Positions 1 through 12,180 of a stretch of DNA of 64,000 nucleotides are shown here, piece by piece. Both the position numbers and the translations under genes were made by a program. The notes beneath the pieces are model-generated. The model worked only from the letters and a program-made list of their open reading frames with translations. It did no database searches and was not told the DNA's origin. How positions within the stretch are numbered: position 1 is the stretch's first letter; the number at the start of each line of letters is the position of its first letter. Location of the stretch: the NCBI RefSeq assembly GCF_026210795.1, contig NC_089431.1, positions 2,294,001-2,358,000 of the forward strand, given 5' to 3'. Origin of the DNA: Rhizophagus irregularis. Lineage: Eukaryota.

Positions 1-427
1 ATTTCAAAGATATAAACGTCCTAAAACAATTATTATTCACTATATATATATAATAGCGTAAAAAATAGAAAAAGAAAGTTATATTTATTTTATATTTATA
101 TTTATTTTTATTTTTTTTTCTTTTTTTCTAAAAAAAAAATTATCCTGCAAAAAAAAGAAACCAAGAAGAAAATATTTTCTTGCAAATTTTCTTGAATATA
201 CACTCCTTGTGTTTCTGATCTTTTAAAAAAAAAGATTTATACTTTTCTTTTTCAAATTTCTACCGTCTTTTAAGTAAATGAAAAGAGAAATTGGCAGGTA
301 TAATTGAAAAAAAAACAGTAACACAAATATTATAACTCAAGAAAATTTTGCCTTAAGAATAGCGAGTTATTTGGTTTGAAAGTCAAGATTATAACATATA
401 CATATGATATAAATTTAATTATCAAAT

Positions 428-1265
428 TTATACAAAATATGTATACATCTTGACTTTACTATTTACAATAAAAAACGATAACAAAATAGAATAAATATCT
501 CATTATACTTACCGTCCAGCATAAGAATATCTAGAACTCCAGCTTTCAATACTTGATTCACACAGACTATTTTTAAGTGCAGTTATGTCTTGTTGTGAAT
601 AACTTCCCATTAATATTTTTGCTACCACAATGTAAGCCTCATCAGTTTTGAGGCATAAAGGCGCATTCACTTGTAGTGGAAGACGGTCTGTGGTGAGCGT
701 CTTTAAAAATAATCGTGATTCTAAATAAAAAATATAAAATATATAAAAGAAAAATGTATATATATGTATATATATGAGAATTAGACAATTAAACGATGTA
801 GAATCTTATATTATATTACATACCAAGATTATCCACAAATACAATTAAATTGTCATTTTTGCCCAAATCCACTTTTCTTATCAATGTGGGAGGACTTAGC
901 CGACCAAGTTCAGGACTTAAAAGTAATACTCTACCAAGACTCTCTTTATCAAGTGCAGGTTGTAATTCTTGTCTTACAACTTTCTTTACGTCGGCAATGT
1001 CGGCATTATATGATACGTAAACTTTAACAGGGTCGGCATGTTGAGAATGTTTTACCCATATAACAAGTTGTTTCTCTTGTATACTACCTCCAGAGTTACC
1101 ACCACCTCTTCCACAACCAGTTATCATAAAATAATGCCACCCAATAAATATAATTAAAAACCAAAATACATAAAACATAATATTGGTTGGATAAGGTGGT
1201 GGTCTCATTTTTCCAGAATTATTTGTCACTCTGGATTGAAATTCTCCACTACTTAACGATACCAT
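428..1265 (-). CDS. Three-exon gene (824-1265, 513-720, 428-458), about 226 aa: N-terminal TM/signal-anchor, Gly-rich linker, ubiquitin-like (CRN-header-like) domain
   Basis: Manual splicing with GT..AG introns (donors GTATGT, GTAAGT) keeps the frame open to TAA at 428-430. Hydrophobic stretch IMFYVFWFLIIFIGWHYFMI is followed by LVIWVKHSQHADPVKVYVSYNADIADVKKVVRQELQPALD. Confidence 0.7.
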
Positions 1266-1706
1266 TTCGTTTATCTCGTAATTGTTTTGTTGTTGAATTT
1301 GAGAGACGAAGTATTAAGAACTCTCCTTTATACGTTTACTTTCAAATCGTCATTTTATATTATCTGTTTCATACTGCGCCGGAATCTTGTATTAGATGCT
1401 GCTATTCCGTAATGATAGCGGATTTACAATGAAAAATTTGATTTATAAGATAAGAACACTATTTGGAGTTACTCGAACTTAATCACATTGTTACTCAGAC
1501 TTCTGAATTAAAAAATTATATGTTTGTGGCGCAGATTCATCCGAGGACTTACGCAATGGCCAGCAGGGACAGGCCTAATTTTACCTAATATAGAAATCCG
1601 CAGTACTGATCATTTATAATCACGCCCAAAGTTGCCGGCGAAATGATAATGTCGGTCAGGCAGCCAAAATTGTTGAATTTTTTTTTTGGATCTTAATATT
1701 TTTAAT

Positions 1707-1860
1707 GAGGTTCTTTAACGTACAGTGAGGGTGTAAAAATATTAACGTACAAACTGGCCCGAGTTTAGGAGTTATGCCCTTGCACGTGATAGCGTTAACG
1801 TTAACTTCGGCCAGTTCGTACATTAATATCGTACGCCCCCACTGTACATTAAGGAATCCC
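1707..1860. mobile_element. MITE, PIF/Harbinger-group-like; copy 1 of a family also at 43574-43718
   Basis: Imperfect ~28-bp TIRs (gaggttctttaacgtacagtgagggtgt / acgcccccactgtacattaaggaatccc). The interior matches 43574-43718 in inverted orientation. Confidence 0.75.
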
Positions 1861-2659
1861 ACTTTTAATAACTTGTCTAATGGAACATGGATTTATAATG
1901 ATATTTTGTATTTTGTATTTGCCATAAATTTAAAATTTAACAAATCATATTATTTTAATTAATTTTATAATTATTTATATTAAATTCATTATTTTTTATC
2001 TTGTTTCAGGATTTAATCTAAATCTAATATGTAGGCTAATTAATAATTTATATATATATTACTTTTTTCAGTATTTTGCTTTAATTTTCTTTTCCTTAAT
2101 CTTAATTACAGAACTCTACTTACTTATAGTAAGAATTTCAGAAATATAAAGTAAATTTATATCAAAAAAAAATTTTTAGGTTTCTAGTTTTAAAAGTAAA
2201 TTTAAATTGGTTGAAATCCTATTAATAAATCATACTACGTGTAAAAATAAATTTAAATAGGAATTTTTTATAAATCTTAGTATATACTATATATTAAGAT
2301 AAATTTATTTATAATTTTAATATTTACTTATATATATTAATAAAAATATCAATTGCTACTAATTTTACATATTATATAATAAGTATACTATGTAATATAT
2401 TAGATTATTTTTAAAAAAATAGGTATTATTTTTATGATTTTATCTTAACTTATTATCACAATTACATTAATAAATAAAATATAATAAAAATAAAATAATA
2501 AATGATACAAAATTTTAAATTTTATCACTTTTAACCCATAATATTCTAGTATATTATTATTATTTATTTATTAGTAATACTTTTAAATATCAAATTTATA
2601 AGAATTGTTTTTAAAAAGTATTTAAGTTAAATTAGTTATTTAATAGAATTCTAAATGTA

Positions 2660-3060
2660 TTTATTGCTGTTTTCTAATTACTGTGATCTAGCATTATTTA
2701 ATAAAAAAAAAAAATTTTGAGAAAACATGTGAAAATAAAAATTTTATTGCATTTTCAAATAAAGAAGGTATGATTATAAGCTAAAAATTATAATTTTAAG
2801 AAAAAATTTTCAATTTTTAAATAAGTTTACTTATAAGTAACTTTTTAAATTTTGTGTAACAAATCGTTTTTAAAAAAGTTATTTATAAGCAAACTTATTT
2901 AAAGATTGAAAATTTTTTCTTAAAATTATAATTTTTAACTTATAATCATATCTCCTTTATTTAAAAATGCAATAAAATTTTTATTTTCACATGTTTTCTC
3001 AAAAAATTTTTTTTTTTATTAAAAAATGCTAGATCACAGTAATTAGAAAACAGCAATAAA
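2660..3060. repeat. ~400-bp foldback (near-perfect palindrome, ~190-bp arms)
   Basis: tttattgctgttttctaattactgtgatctagcat... is mirrored by ...atgctagatcacagtaattagaaaacagcaataaa, with a short loop near 2850-2868. Confidence 0.85.
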
Positions 3061-3793
3061 ATAAGTCATAAGTTATATTTTAAAGTAAATATGCCATAGT
3101 GGTTTTATCTTTATTAATAATTTTACAAAAGTTTACAATAAAAAAAAATATATAATAAACAAACTAATAAAATACTAACTAGCATTATATCATAAATTTA
3201 TTTTAGTAAATGGTAACCATTATCACTAGTAATATTTAGTAATACTCTTATATTTATAATCAAAAATTTTATTTTATAAAATTATTTTTTTACAAGTAAT
3301 AAAGTAAAAACAAAATTTTCATAAAAATATATATTATTAGTAACTATTTGGTTAAATTGATACTTTAAAACAATAAGTCCTTCTGATTTTCTTAAAATTT
3401 CTGGTTTATTAATTAGAAGTGTAGTGATAAAACCAATATTATTAAAAATAATATAAAAGTTGGTACTAAAAAAATCAATAATATAAAAAATATTTATTGT
3501 GGTAAAATAACAAGAATTTTATTTTTCAGATTTCTAAATTTTAGTATATAATAAAAAAACTGATAAATTCCATTTTTATCATTTAAATGCAAATATATTT
3601 GAATAAAAAAGCTAACTTTTAAAATCTTAATGCTTTTTTTATTTTTTAAGAAAATTAGTTACAAATATTAATTTTTTAAAAAAAACTGTAATATGAAATT
3701 TTGTAAATTAAAATGAATGCAAAGTTCAAAACCAATGGAAAAATAAACACCAAAAAATTTTTTGAATATACAAACATCTCAAATCCTATAGTA

Positions 3794-4552
3794 CACAAGC
3801 TTACAATAAATTACCAGATTTCTTTAAAAATGCTTGGTAATTTTCACATTGCATAAAAATACATAAGTTTTTGATGAAATCACTCAATTTTTTTTTTATT
3901 TGAAAGATAATCCTTCGTAGATTTTATATCTTAAATAAAAAAAAAATGTTTATAAGATATAAAAAAAATTATCTGATTATAAAATATGATACCTTTTTGA
4001 GGTTATTTTATATATTTATTTGCACATAGATAACTTTTAAAATTTCAAATATGTCAACCATTTTTATTTGCATTTTTAACAACTACAATTGATTATCTTT
4101 CAAATAAAAAAATAATAATTATAATCTGTTAAAATTTGACAGACTTGTATATATCTTAAAAAATGCCTATTTTACTATATTTTACTATCATTTTTCAAGT
4201 TTATTAGTAATTTTCAGTAAAATTGGCATTTTTCTAGATATACAAAAGTCTGTCAATTTTCAATAGATTTTAATAAATTTTTAAAAATGTTATATAAATG
4301 ACATTCTAAAACCTATCTATGTAAATAAATATACAAAATAATTCTAAAAAAGGCTGTCATAATTAACAATTAGACAATTTTTTTCCATACTATAAAATAT
4401 CCTTTTTTTATTTAAAATTTAAAATCTACAATGGACTAGCTTTCAAATAAAAAAAAATTTGAACGATTTCATCAGAAATTTATAAACTTTCATGCAATAT
4501 GAAAATTACCAAGCATTTTTAAAGAAATCCAGTAATTTATTGTAGTCTTGTG
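3794..4552. mobile_element. ~760-bp foldback MITE with TA target-site duplication (Tc1/mariner-type)
   Basis: ta|cacaagcttacaataaattacc...gtaatttattgtagtcttgtg|ta. Inverted similarity continues nearly to the centre (ttgacagactt / aagtctgtcaa). Confidence 0.75.
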
Positions 4553-4982
4553 TATTTTATGCAAAAAAATACATATTTATTTAAATCAGTAATAAAAGAT
4601 TTTAATCTAAAAAAAAAATACAATTTTAAGCTTAACTATTAAATTAAATTTCAATCATTGACAAATCTACAGGTTTATAATTTCATTATGTATTATATAT
4701 AATATTCATAATTTTATAATTTTTTAGCCAAAAAGCTTTTTTTACTTATTAATATATATACAAGCACAAGGTTTCTATAAAATTTAGTCTGGACCTCATG
4801 ACATTAATACTATTATTATACATATAATACTTTTGAATTATATTGTATACAAGTTATTGTTATCCCCAAATTTTCAAGAATACTAGAATCTAATGATTGT
4901 TCTCTTGAAAAGTCATTTTATATACTGTATAAACCATAATTTTTTGTAAAATATTTAGCGGATATTATGTGATGTATAGCAG

Positions 4983-6814
4983 TTAACCAATGTCTCCAAA
5001 GATATCATTATCCAACAAAAGAGCTTTGAGGTCATGCCAAGACATCGGAATTGTAATCCTAACTTCCCCAGAGGGGGCTCTTTTCGCCATGAATATGCCA
5101 TGAAAATAAAAATCTTCCAAGTAACGTCGGAAAGTCTTCTCATCATTGCATATCGAATTTTCCAAGCAATATTTGAACAACGTGTTAAAGTCCAAACTAT
5201 CCCCATTTGCTTCACTTCTTCTGGTAGCTGTAACAATGTGATCTGCCAACATGGCAAACATTCCACGACGGTATGTATTCCATGATGATAACACCAATTT
5301 TAATTCTTTTCTCTTCAATCGATAATCTTTTGTAGCCTTCTCTTTGCTTGTTACCGTAAATTTGTAATTACTAAGCTTTGTTACTTCGTGAGTATGCCAA
5401 TTCATTTTGTCTTCTGCATTAACGTACCATCCGAGGCAAGAACTGACATTTTCACTCGTAGCGAGGAAGTGTATATTTGGAATATCACCGAGTAAATTCA
5501 ACGCATATCTGGCATCGACACTTTGAAACACGTAACCATCTATATTATGGACCTAATTTTAAACAAAAAAATAGTGATTATTCATCTCGTTAAAAAAGTC
5601 AAAAACTAAATAATGCTCACTATTATTTTGAATTTTATCCTCGAAACAACATCGTCATAATAATTGCGGATGCCAAGTGCTTTCCCGATTAAAGTATGAT
5701 TTTTAAAAATATGATCAGGGCCGAGTATCTTGTCCAACAACATTAAATAGGCATCATTCATGTCTGTTAAGTCACCGCTTCCGTCAAAATGAATCCAAGT
5801 GACATTCTCATTTTTATTATCGAAGGCCTGATATGTCTCCAGAATGTGCTCCTTCGACCCAAATCCGTAAAGCAGGACATTTATGTTAGAATTTAGCTCA
5901 ATCTCCCATTTATTGAAATGCCTAGTAATGTGATGATCAAGATTTTGGAGTTCTTTTGCGTATTTAATTTCAGTAAAAGAAGGTAATACTTTGACATTGA
6001 GCGAACTTGGCATGTCAGCCGACAATTTTTTTACTCTGATTCTTTTTTGTTGAGTTGCATTATCTTCAAAAGATCTCTCGGATCTAGTTGACGCGTCTTG
6101 TTCGCATAGAACAGATTGATTTGATCCCTCAAGCATTGTGAGATCGACAATCTCATAGTCTACATTCTTTGGTCCCCTTTTTATTAGCTTGGGAACGACA
6201 TTAAAGGGGGAAACTAAATCTTTCGAAATGGGCTCGGGAGTCCTCAAGCTAGCCTCATCTGTAAGATTTTCCGAAGCACGCTCAGGTGTCATCATTCGGA
6301 GAACTTTTTTTCCATTTGCCATGGCGAGAAGACTTGCCACCGCATCTAACTCTTTTTTCTCCTCTCGCGTCTCTTTAAAGCTTTGGAGCCGTCGTCTCTT
6401 TTCTCTTGTGAACGGTTTGCCCACATCTTTGGGCTCTATGACGACACTTACAACGTTACCCTTCAATTTCCTAATATGTCTTGTTGGGGTTATCTCATCC
6501 CAAGGTTCCCACACGGAATTATTTTCTTCAGTAGCTATTTCCAGTTCTTGCATAATTTGAGGTTCGTTTTCTTCAAGCCTTTCTATGAACTCATTCCTCT
6601 TGCGCTTAGCACCTCTACGAGACTTTCTGGGCAAAAAAGGATTCTCTAATTCAACCCGTTTTATCTCAGTCTGACTTGTAGACATTCCTCTTCGTCGTTG
6701 TTTAAGTCTTTCAGCTATATTATTACCCTCTACAGAGGATAAAGTCGGGAGAGTCTCGTTGTTGTCGATAAGAAGAGCTTTAATTTCTCTTTTTACTTTT
6801 TGATTTCGGGACAT
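4983..6814 (-). CDS. ORC2: Origin recognition complex subunit 2 (exons 5621-6814, 4983-5552; about 587 aa)
   Basis: ORC2 motifs FNKWEIEL...NVLLYGFGSK, II|VHNIDG across a 68-nt GTGAGC..TAG intron, IHFLAT, and a C-terminal winged-helix-like FRRYLEDFYFHG. Confidence 0.9.
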
Positions 6815-7442
6815 ATTGGATTATTTAATAAAAACATTAATCGTCCTATAATAATTGTATTTAATTATCGTTCTTGCAGTCGCCTGTATGACTTTCAAAA
6901 GCGAAGTGCGATTTTTTTTATTTTGATCAACAAAAAACGAAAATCTAGTGTAGCACCAATTGTACAAATTAGGATAACGTGTTGTTATGGGACACAGTAT
7001 TTTGAAATTTCTAAGTACATATGCGTGCTTATTTCATCTTTAGATTGTGTTATTTTAACATAATATAAAATGAACGAGAATAAAGTGTAATTATATCGAT
7101 TTACATAAACTATTAACAAAAAAAAAAATCCTTGGTAATGCACAAGAGATTAAAATTTGATATAACGAATCCCTTGGAGTTCAGAACGCCTTTTAAATAT
7201 AACGAACAATTATTTATTAAACACTATTTTATGTATGGGAACTTAGCTCATTTTGTGTGTAGTTATCACTATTAAGTATGATATATTACATTACTTACGA
7301 ATACTTTTTAGTAAATAAAAACGACGAAAATAAGTTTTTGGTCCCTATTTTATACTCTTCGTATGAATTTACTATAGAAAGTTATACAATTTCGGCACTC
7401 TATTATGTTACGAGAATATGGTCATTATTATTTTGTTATTAA

Positions 7443-10400
7443 TCATATTGATCCATAAACCCATCTACTATTAACTTTTTGTGCCATTATTTTCATGGGA
7501 GGTAATTCCCAATTTTTTGGGCCAAAACTTGGAATTACGTAAGCCAAATTTTCTGTATCTTTATTCCTTTTCGACCTAATATTAAAATTTAATATTAAAG
7601 AATGTAAATTGAAGTAAAGTATAAATAACAATACGTACTTGCTCGTTGGAAGTTCAACAGGTTTAGAAAATGTACATAAAGATCTACCAAGTTTTGATAG
7701 CCAACTTGATTCAACAATAGTAACACCTGAAAATTCGCCAAATAACATAAGTATTCTTTCTTTTAAAATTTGAAATATGATCAAAAGTTTCTTTCACCTT
7801 TCATCCAAACTTTACTTGTTTTATATAATTCTTGATATACAACAAAGTCTGGTGGTTTGTTGTGAAATAATACAGAAGTAGGATGGATAAATACATTATC
7901 ATTGCCCCACATTGTGCAATATTCGACATTTCTTGTTGATGAAAATATTTTTGATGATTTATCTATTAGTCCTTTACGTATTGCTATTTGATCAATAAAT
8001 CCTGCTGTAATAACTTGTCTTATTGCTTTGAGCTAAAAACAGCATTCAAGAAATAACACATTAAAAGGAAATTCTAATAAATCAAATAAAAATTGCACTA
8101 AAATCCTACCTGAATAGTTGATGGAGGCTTCATTTTTGGATCTAAACAGACATCAACTCCGGGACAATTCATTTGTATAATATTCGTTATTTGTCCCCTT
8201 AATTTACGTATTTCCTCCATTGCCTTTAAAAAAAAATTTTTTTTGAGATAACCCATAAATTTGATAAATGGCACTTAATAACAATATATATTATACCTTA
8301 GGACGAACAAAATTACATTCACAAAATTTGTCCGTGCCTCCTTCATATTCGTATGCTCCCACAACATTAAGTAATTTTAATAAGTCACTAGTTGGGTCAA
8401 GCCCAGCATGTTTCTAAGATGATCAAAAAGAGAGTTATAGTGTTTAATATTATACAATCATATTATATAATCAATAGCCAGATTTATATGTACCTTCTGC
8501 ACATCATAGAACTTTTTTCTGATTAATTTTTGACGTTCTTTTTGCAAAATAGCTTCTTCACTTAATTTATTTAATTCATTAGATCGAACTTCTTCATATT
8601 CTTCCTCTTTCACATCATCATCAGAATTCGTACTATTATCTAGATGGTAATCCTTAATGAATGGGTCAACAACGGATAAAGCAGAAACAATAGCAATAAT
8701 ATAAGGTAAACATCCATGTTGTTGTCCGATTATCAACATTTTAGAAAATCTTGGTGCAATTGGAAATGTTGCCATAGTACGACCAAGTTCAGTTATTCTA
8801 CCATCTTCATCCAGCGCATTCATGTATTGTAATAACTTCTCAGCTTTACGCAAACGATCACGATCAGGAGGAGTAGGAAAAGGAAAATTATTTACAGTAT
8901 CTATATTCATCGCCTTCATTTGTAGTACTATTCCTTCAATTGGCATACGATGAATTTCTGGTACTGTGAATTGTTGAAATTGATCATTGAATACGGCCGA
9001 AGAAAAGAGTCGATAACAATGCCCAGGGCCTGTCCTTCCTGCACGTCCAGCACGTTGGTCAGCTGATGCCTTTGAAGTCCAATCAACCACATATGATTGT
9101 ACTCCAGTTGCCACATCGTATCGACGTCCTTTAACTTTTCCACAGTCTACAACATATTTAATACCAGGAATAGTTAATGAAGTCTCAGCAACATTAGTTG
9201 CAACAACGCACAGACGTGTTCCTTCCGGCGGTGGTTCAAAAACACGCAACTGAGCATGAGTAGATAATAATGAATACAATGGAAGTACGTATAGTGGTCT
9301 GGCTATGTTAAAAAGAAAAAAAGGGTTCAATAAATTATTTATGAAATGGAGTTAAAAAAAAAATGTAATATAGTTTACAGTGTTCATCCATTATCATTTC
9401 ATCATTTTCCAAATTTTCTTCAAAATCTTCAGAATCAGTATCAAGTAATTCTGTTTCTTCCAATTCTTCTTCACCGATATCCAAATCTTCAATTTCAAAA
9501 TCAGCTGTAATTTGTGCCGTAATTTAAATAATTTGAATTATTTAAAATATTTGTAAAGAATATTTTAACATAACAAATTCACCTTCTTTAGAATTTAAAC
9601 TTTCCCTTTCTTGTTCAACTTCTCTAAATGTTTTTTCTTTTTCCAGCATCTGCTTGCTATTGTATTGATTTTGCATTAGATAAGGAAACTTCCTACGAAA
9701 TTTCTTGCAAAGAAGAGTAATTTCGTCTTGGCCAGTCAAGAATACAAGAATTCCTAAAAAAAATGACAAAAAAATTCAATAAATTAAATTTACGAAAGAA
9801 AATATTCAGGAAACGTTGCAACCAACCTCCATGTGGAAGTTTAGTGTGGATTTTGCAAACTTTCTTAAATGCCTCACTAACATAGTCAAAATTTGGAGTC
9901 CGCTTGTTGAAATGAATTGAAACCTAATAGAACAAATAAGATTAGATATTTCTCATTTAAAATATAAAATTACAAGTTTTCACCTACAGGAAATTGACGC
10001 GTATTGACATTAATAACCGGGGGAGCTACGTCAAATAGATTTTTATTTTGTGTAAAATCAGAGACACGTAAAGTTGCCGACATAATAATAACTTTAATTG
10101 GCTAAAGAATTATATAATTAATATTAAAAAAAGACCAAATTTCTCTTTTATCTGTATTTAAATACCCTAATTTTGCTCCCATCTTCTTTGCTTAATTCGG
10201 CTCGTAATTTGAGTACACGACTTATAGCACCAATCAAAATATCAGTATTTAAGCTTCTTTCATGTGCTTCATCAATTATGACTGCTGAGTATTTTGATAA
10301 AAGAAAATCATTGGCGAGTTCACGAAGCAAAACGCCATCAGTCATAAACTTGATAACAGTTTTTGGTGATACTGTCGCATCATAACGAATCTGCACAAAT

Positions 10401-11990
10401 TTGATCAAAGTTTATATTAATTTACATAACATTTTATTTTGTGTTAATATATTCTAATAAAAACCTGGTAGGAAACTTCTTGTTCACTTAATGACAATTC
10501 CTGTGCTACACGTTTCGACATGCTTACAGCTGCAATACGTCGAGGTTGTGTTATACCAATTATCCCAGGATTATCTAAATATTTAATAATAAAAGAGATG
10601 GTGAATCTAAAGATAAAAGATTGTGATGATAATTGACATTTACATACCACTATCCTTATTGCCATATCCAGCTTCGTATAAAAACTGTGGTACTTGAGTT
10701 GTTTTGCCAGAACCAGTCTCACCACATATAATTACTACAGGATTATTGCTTATTGTTTCCATTATTATTTGTTCTTCAGCGCAAATAGGAAGTTCCATTC
10801 TGGCTTCTTGTATTTCTTGGTTTCTTTTGACGGGAATATAGAAGGCCTTAAAAATAATGAATCTGAAATTAGGTTGATGGATAAAATTTACCATATCTTG
10901 AAATATCTAAATACCTTCTTAACAGTTTTTTCATTATCACCTATATTTCCATGAGTAATGTCAATTCCATCTTGGATTAAACAGGTTTCAACATCTTTCT
11001 TTTTCTGCTGTAGGTTTGTAGGTTTCGATTGAGAAATTATACTAGGTTCATGTATAGTATTTTTATTTTCATTATCTTTTGGTTTAATGCCCATTTGCTC
11101 TGTTGCCCATTGTTTGAATGATTGCTCTTTTAATTTTTCACTTATTGCACTTATTGCAGCATCAGAATTTTTGGTTTCTTTGTCAGTATCATACTGAGAG
11201 TCTGAGCTATCAAAAGAATCTTCTTCTAACGTTGACTTTTGTATTGTCTTTACCTTAATAAGTTAAATAAACATAAAAAATCAGAGTTATAATTATTAAC
11301 AGGTAAATCCCTGTAAGAATGAGAAAATTTACTTGTTTTTTCTTTATCTTCTTTTTCTTCTTTTTCTTAATGGGAACTGTAAACTCTCCATTCGGAGCTC
11401 GTTTAAGGGCATTTCCCACAATAACACTTTGATTAATAATTTTTTGATCATTATTCAGTTCCTTAGAATCAGGAAGTATGCTTGAAGAATTATCTTTGAT
11501 AATCTTGGTACTGTTTCCGTTCATCACGTGATCTTCCTTTTCTTCATCCTCATCCTCATCCTCATCCTCTTCCTCTTCTCTCTCATTCACGAACAAAGGA
11601 ACGCTAAGATCAGACTGAGGTAATCTCAAACGTTTCTCATTATAAGCCTTACGAAGTCGTTCCTTCATAGTCTCTTTCTATTAGGCAAATATAATTTCAA
11701 CAATATATAAAAATAACAATTAACCGGAATTCTTTTAATCTTACCCTTCTACCCAAATTTTTACTTGATTTCATCAATTCTGATGAAAATGAAGATTTTG
11801 AAAGTTTCTCTATTAGCATAACGCGTTCTTCCTTTTTAATTTTTTTCTCCTGTAAAAAATTTTTTCTTTAAGGCCTGTTAAGTAATATTGTAGCAAATTT
11901 ACAAATTTGAGAGGTAAATTTATGGCTTACAATATATTTCTTTAACCTTTTCTTTTTTTTACTCGACATTTTCTTGATCGTAGGATCCAT
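7443..11990 (-). CDS. ECM16: DEAH-box RNA helicase Dhr1/Ecm16 (DHX37), multi-exon
   Basis: [61 protein letters not shown] and an HA2 region. N-terminal [22 protein letters not shown] is typical of Dhr1. Start at ATG 11988-11990 is inferred. Confidence 0.9.
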
Positions 11991-12180
11991 TTCGCTAATT
12001 TAATTACGATTGACTTTTTTTTAACTATACTAACTATAGCAGTTCTCGGATCACATCAGTTTTTCAAATATTTTTTATCCAATAATAGTTTTGATTACAC
12101 ATGCTCGTGTGAATGTTTGAGTAGCAAGCTAGTCATCAGATCGATGATCCAAAACGTAGTAGTAAATGAAATTCTAAGTC
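11991..12180. promoter_or_regulatory. Compact bidirectional promoter between DHR1 and the CCDC6-like gene
   Basis: Divergent ATGs at 11990 (-) and 12181 (+) are only 190 bp apart. Confidence 0.55.

Noticed and set aside
1656..1962. Similar short ORFs here and at 43468-43681
   Set aside because: The similarity comes from two copies of the same MITE, not a protein family.
5034..6649. Plus-strand ORFs within ORC2 (also antisense ORFs in DHR1, the kinase and EAF3)
   Set aside because: Shadow ORFs of real genes with no independent motifs.
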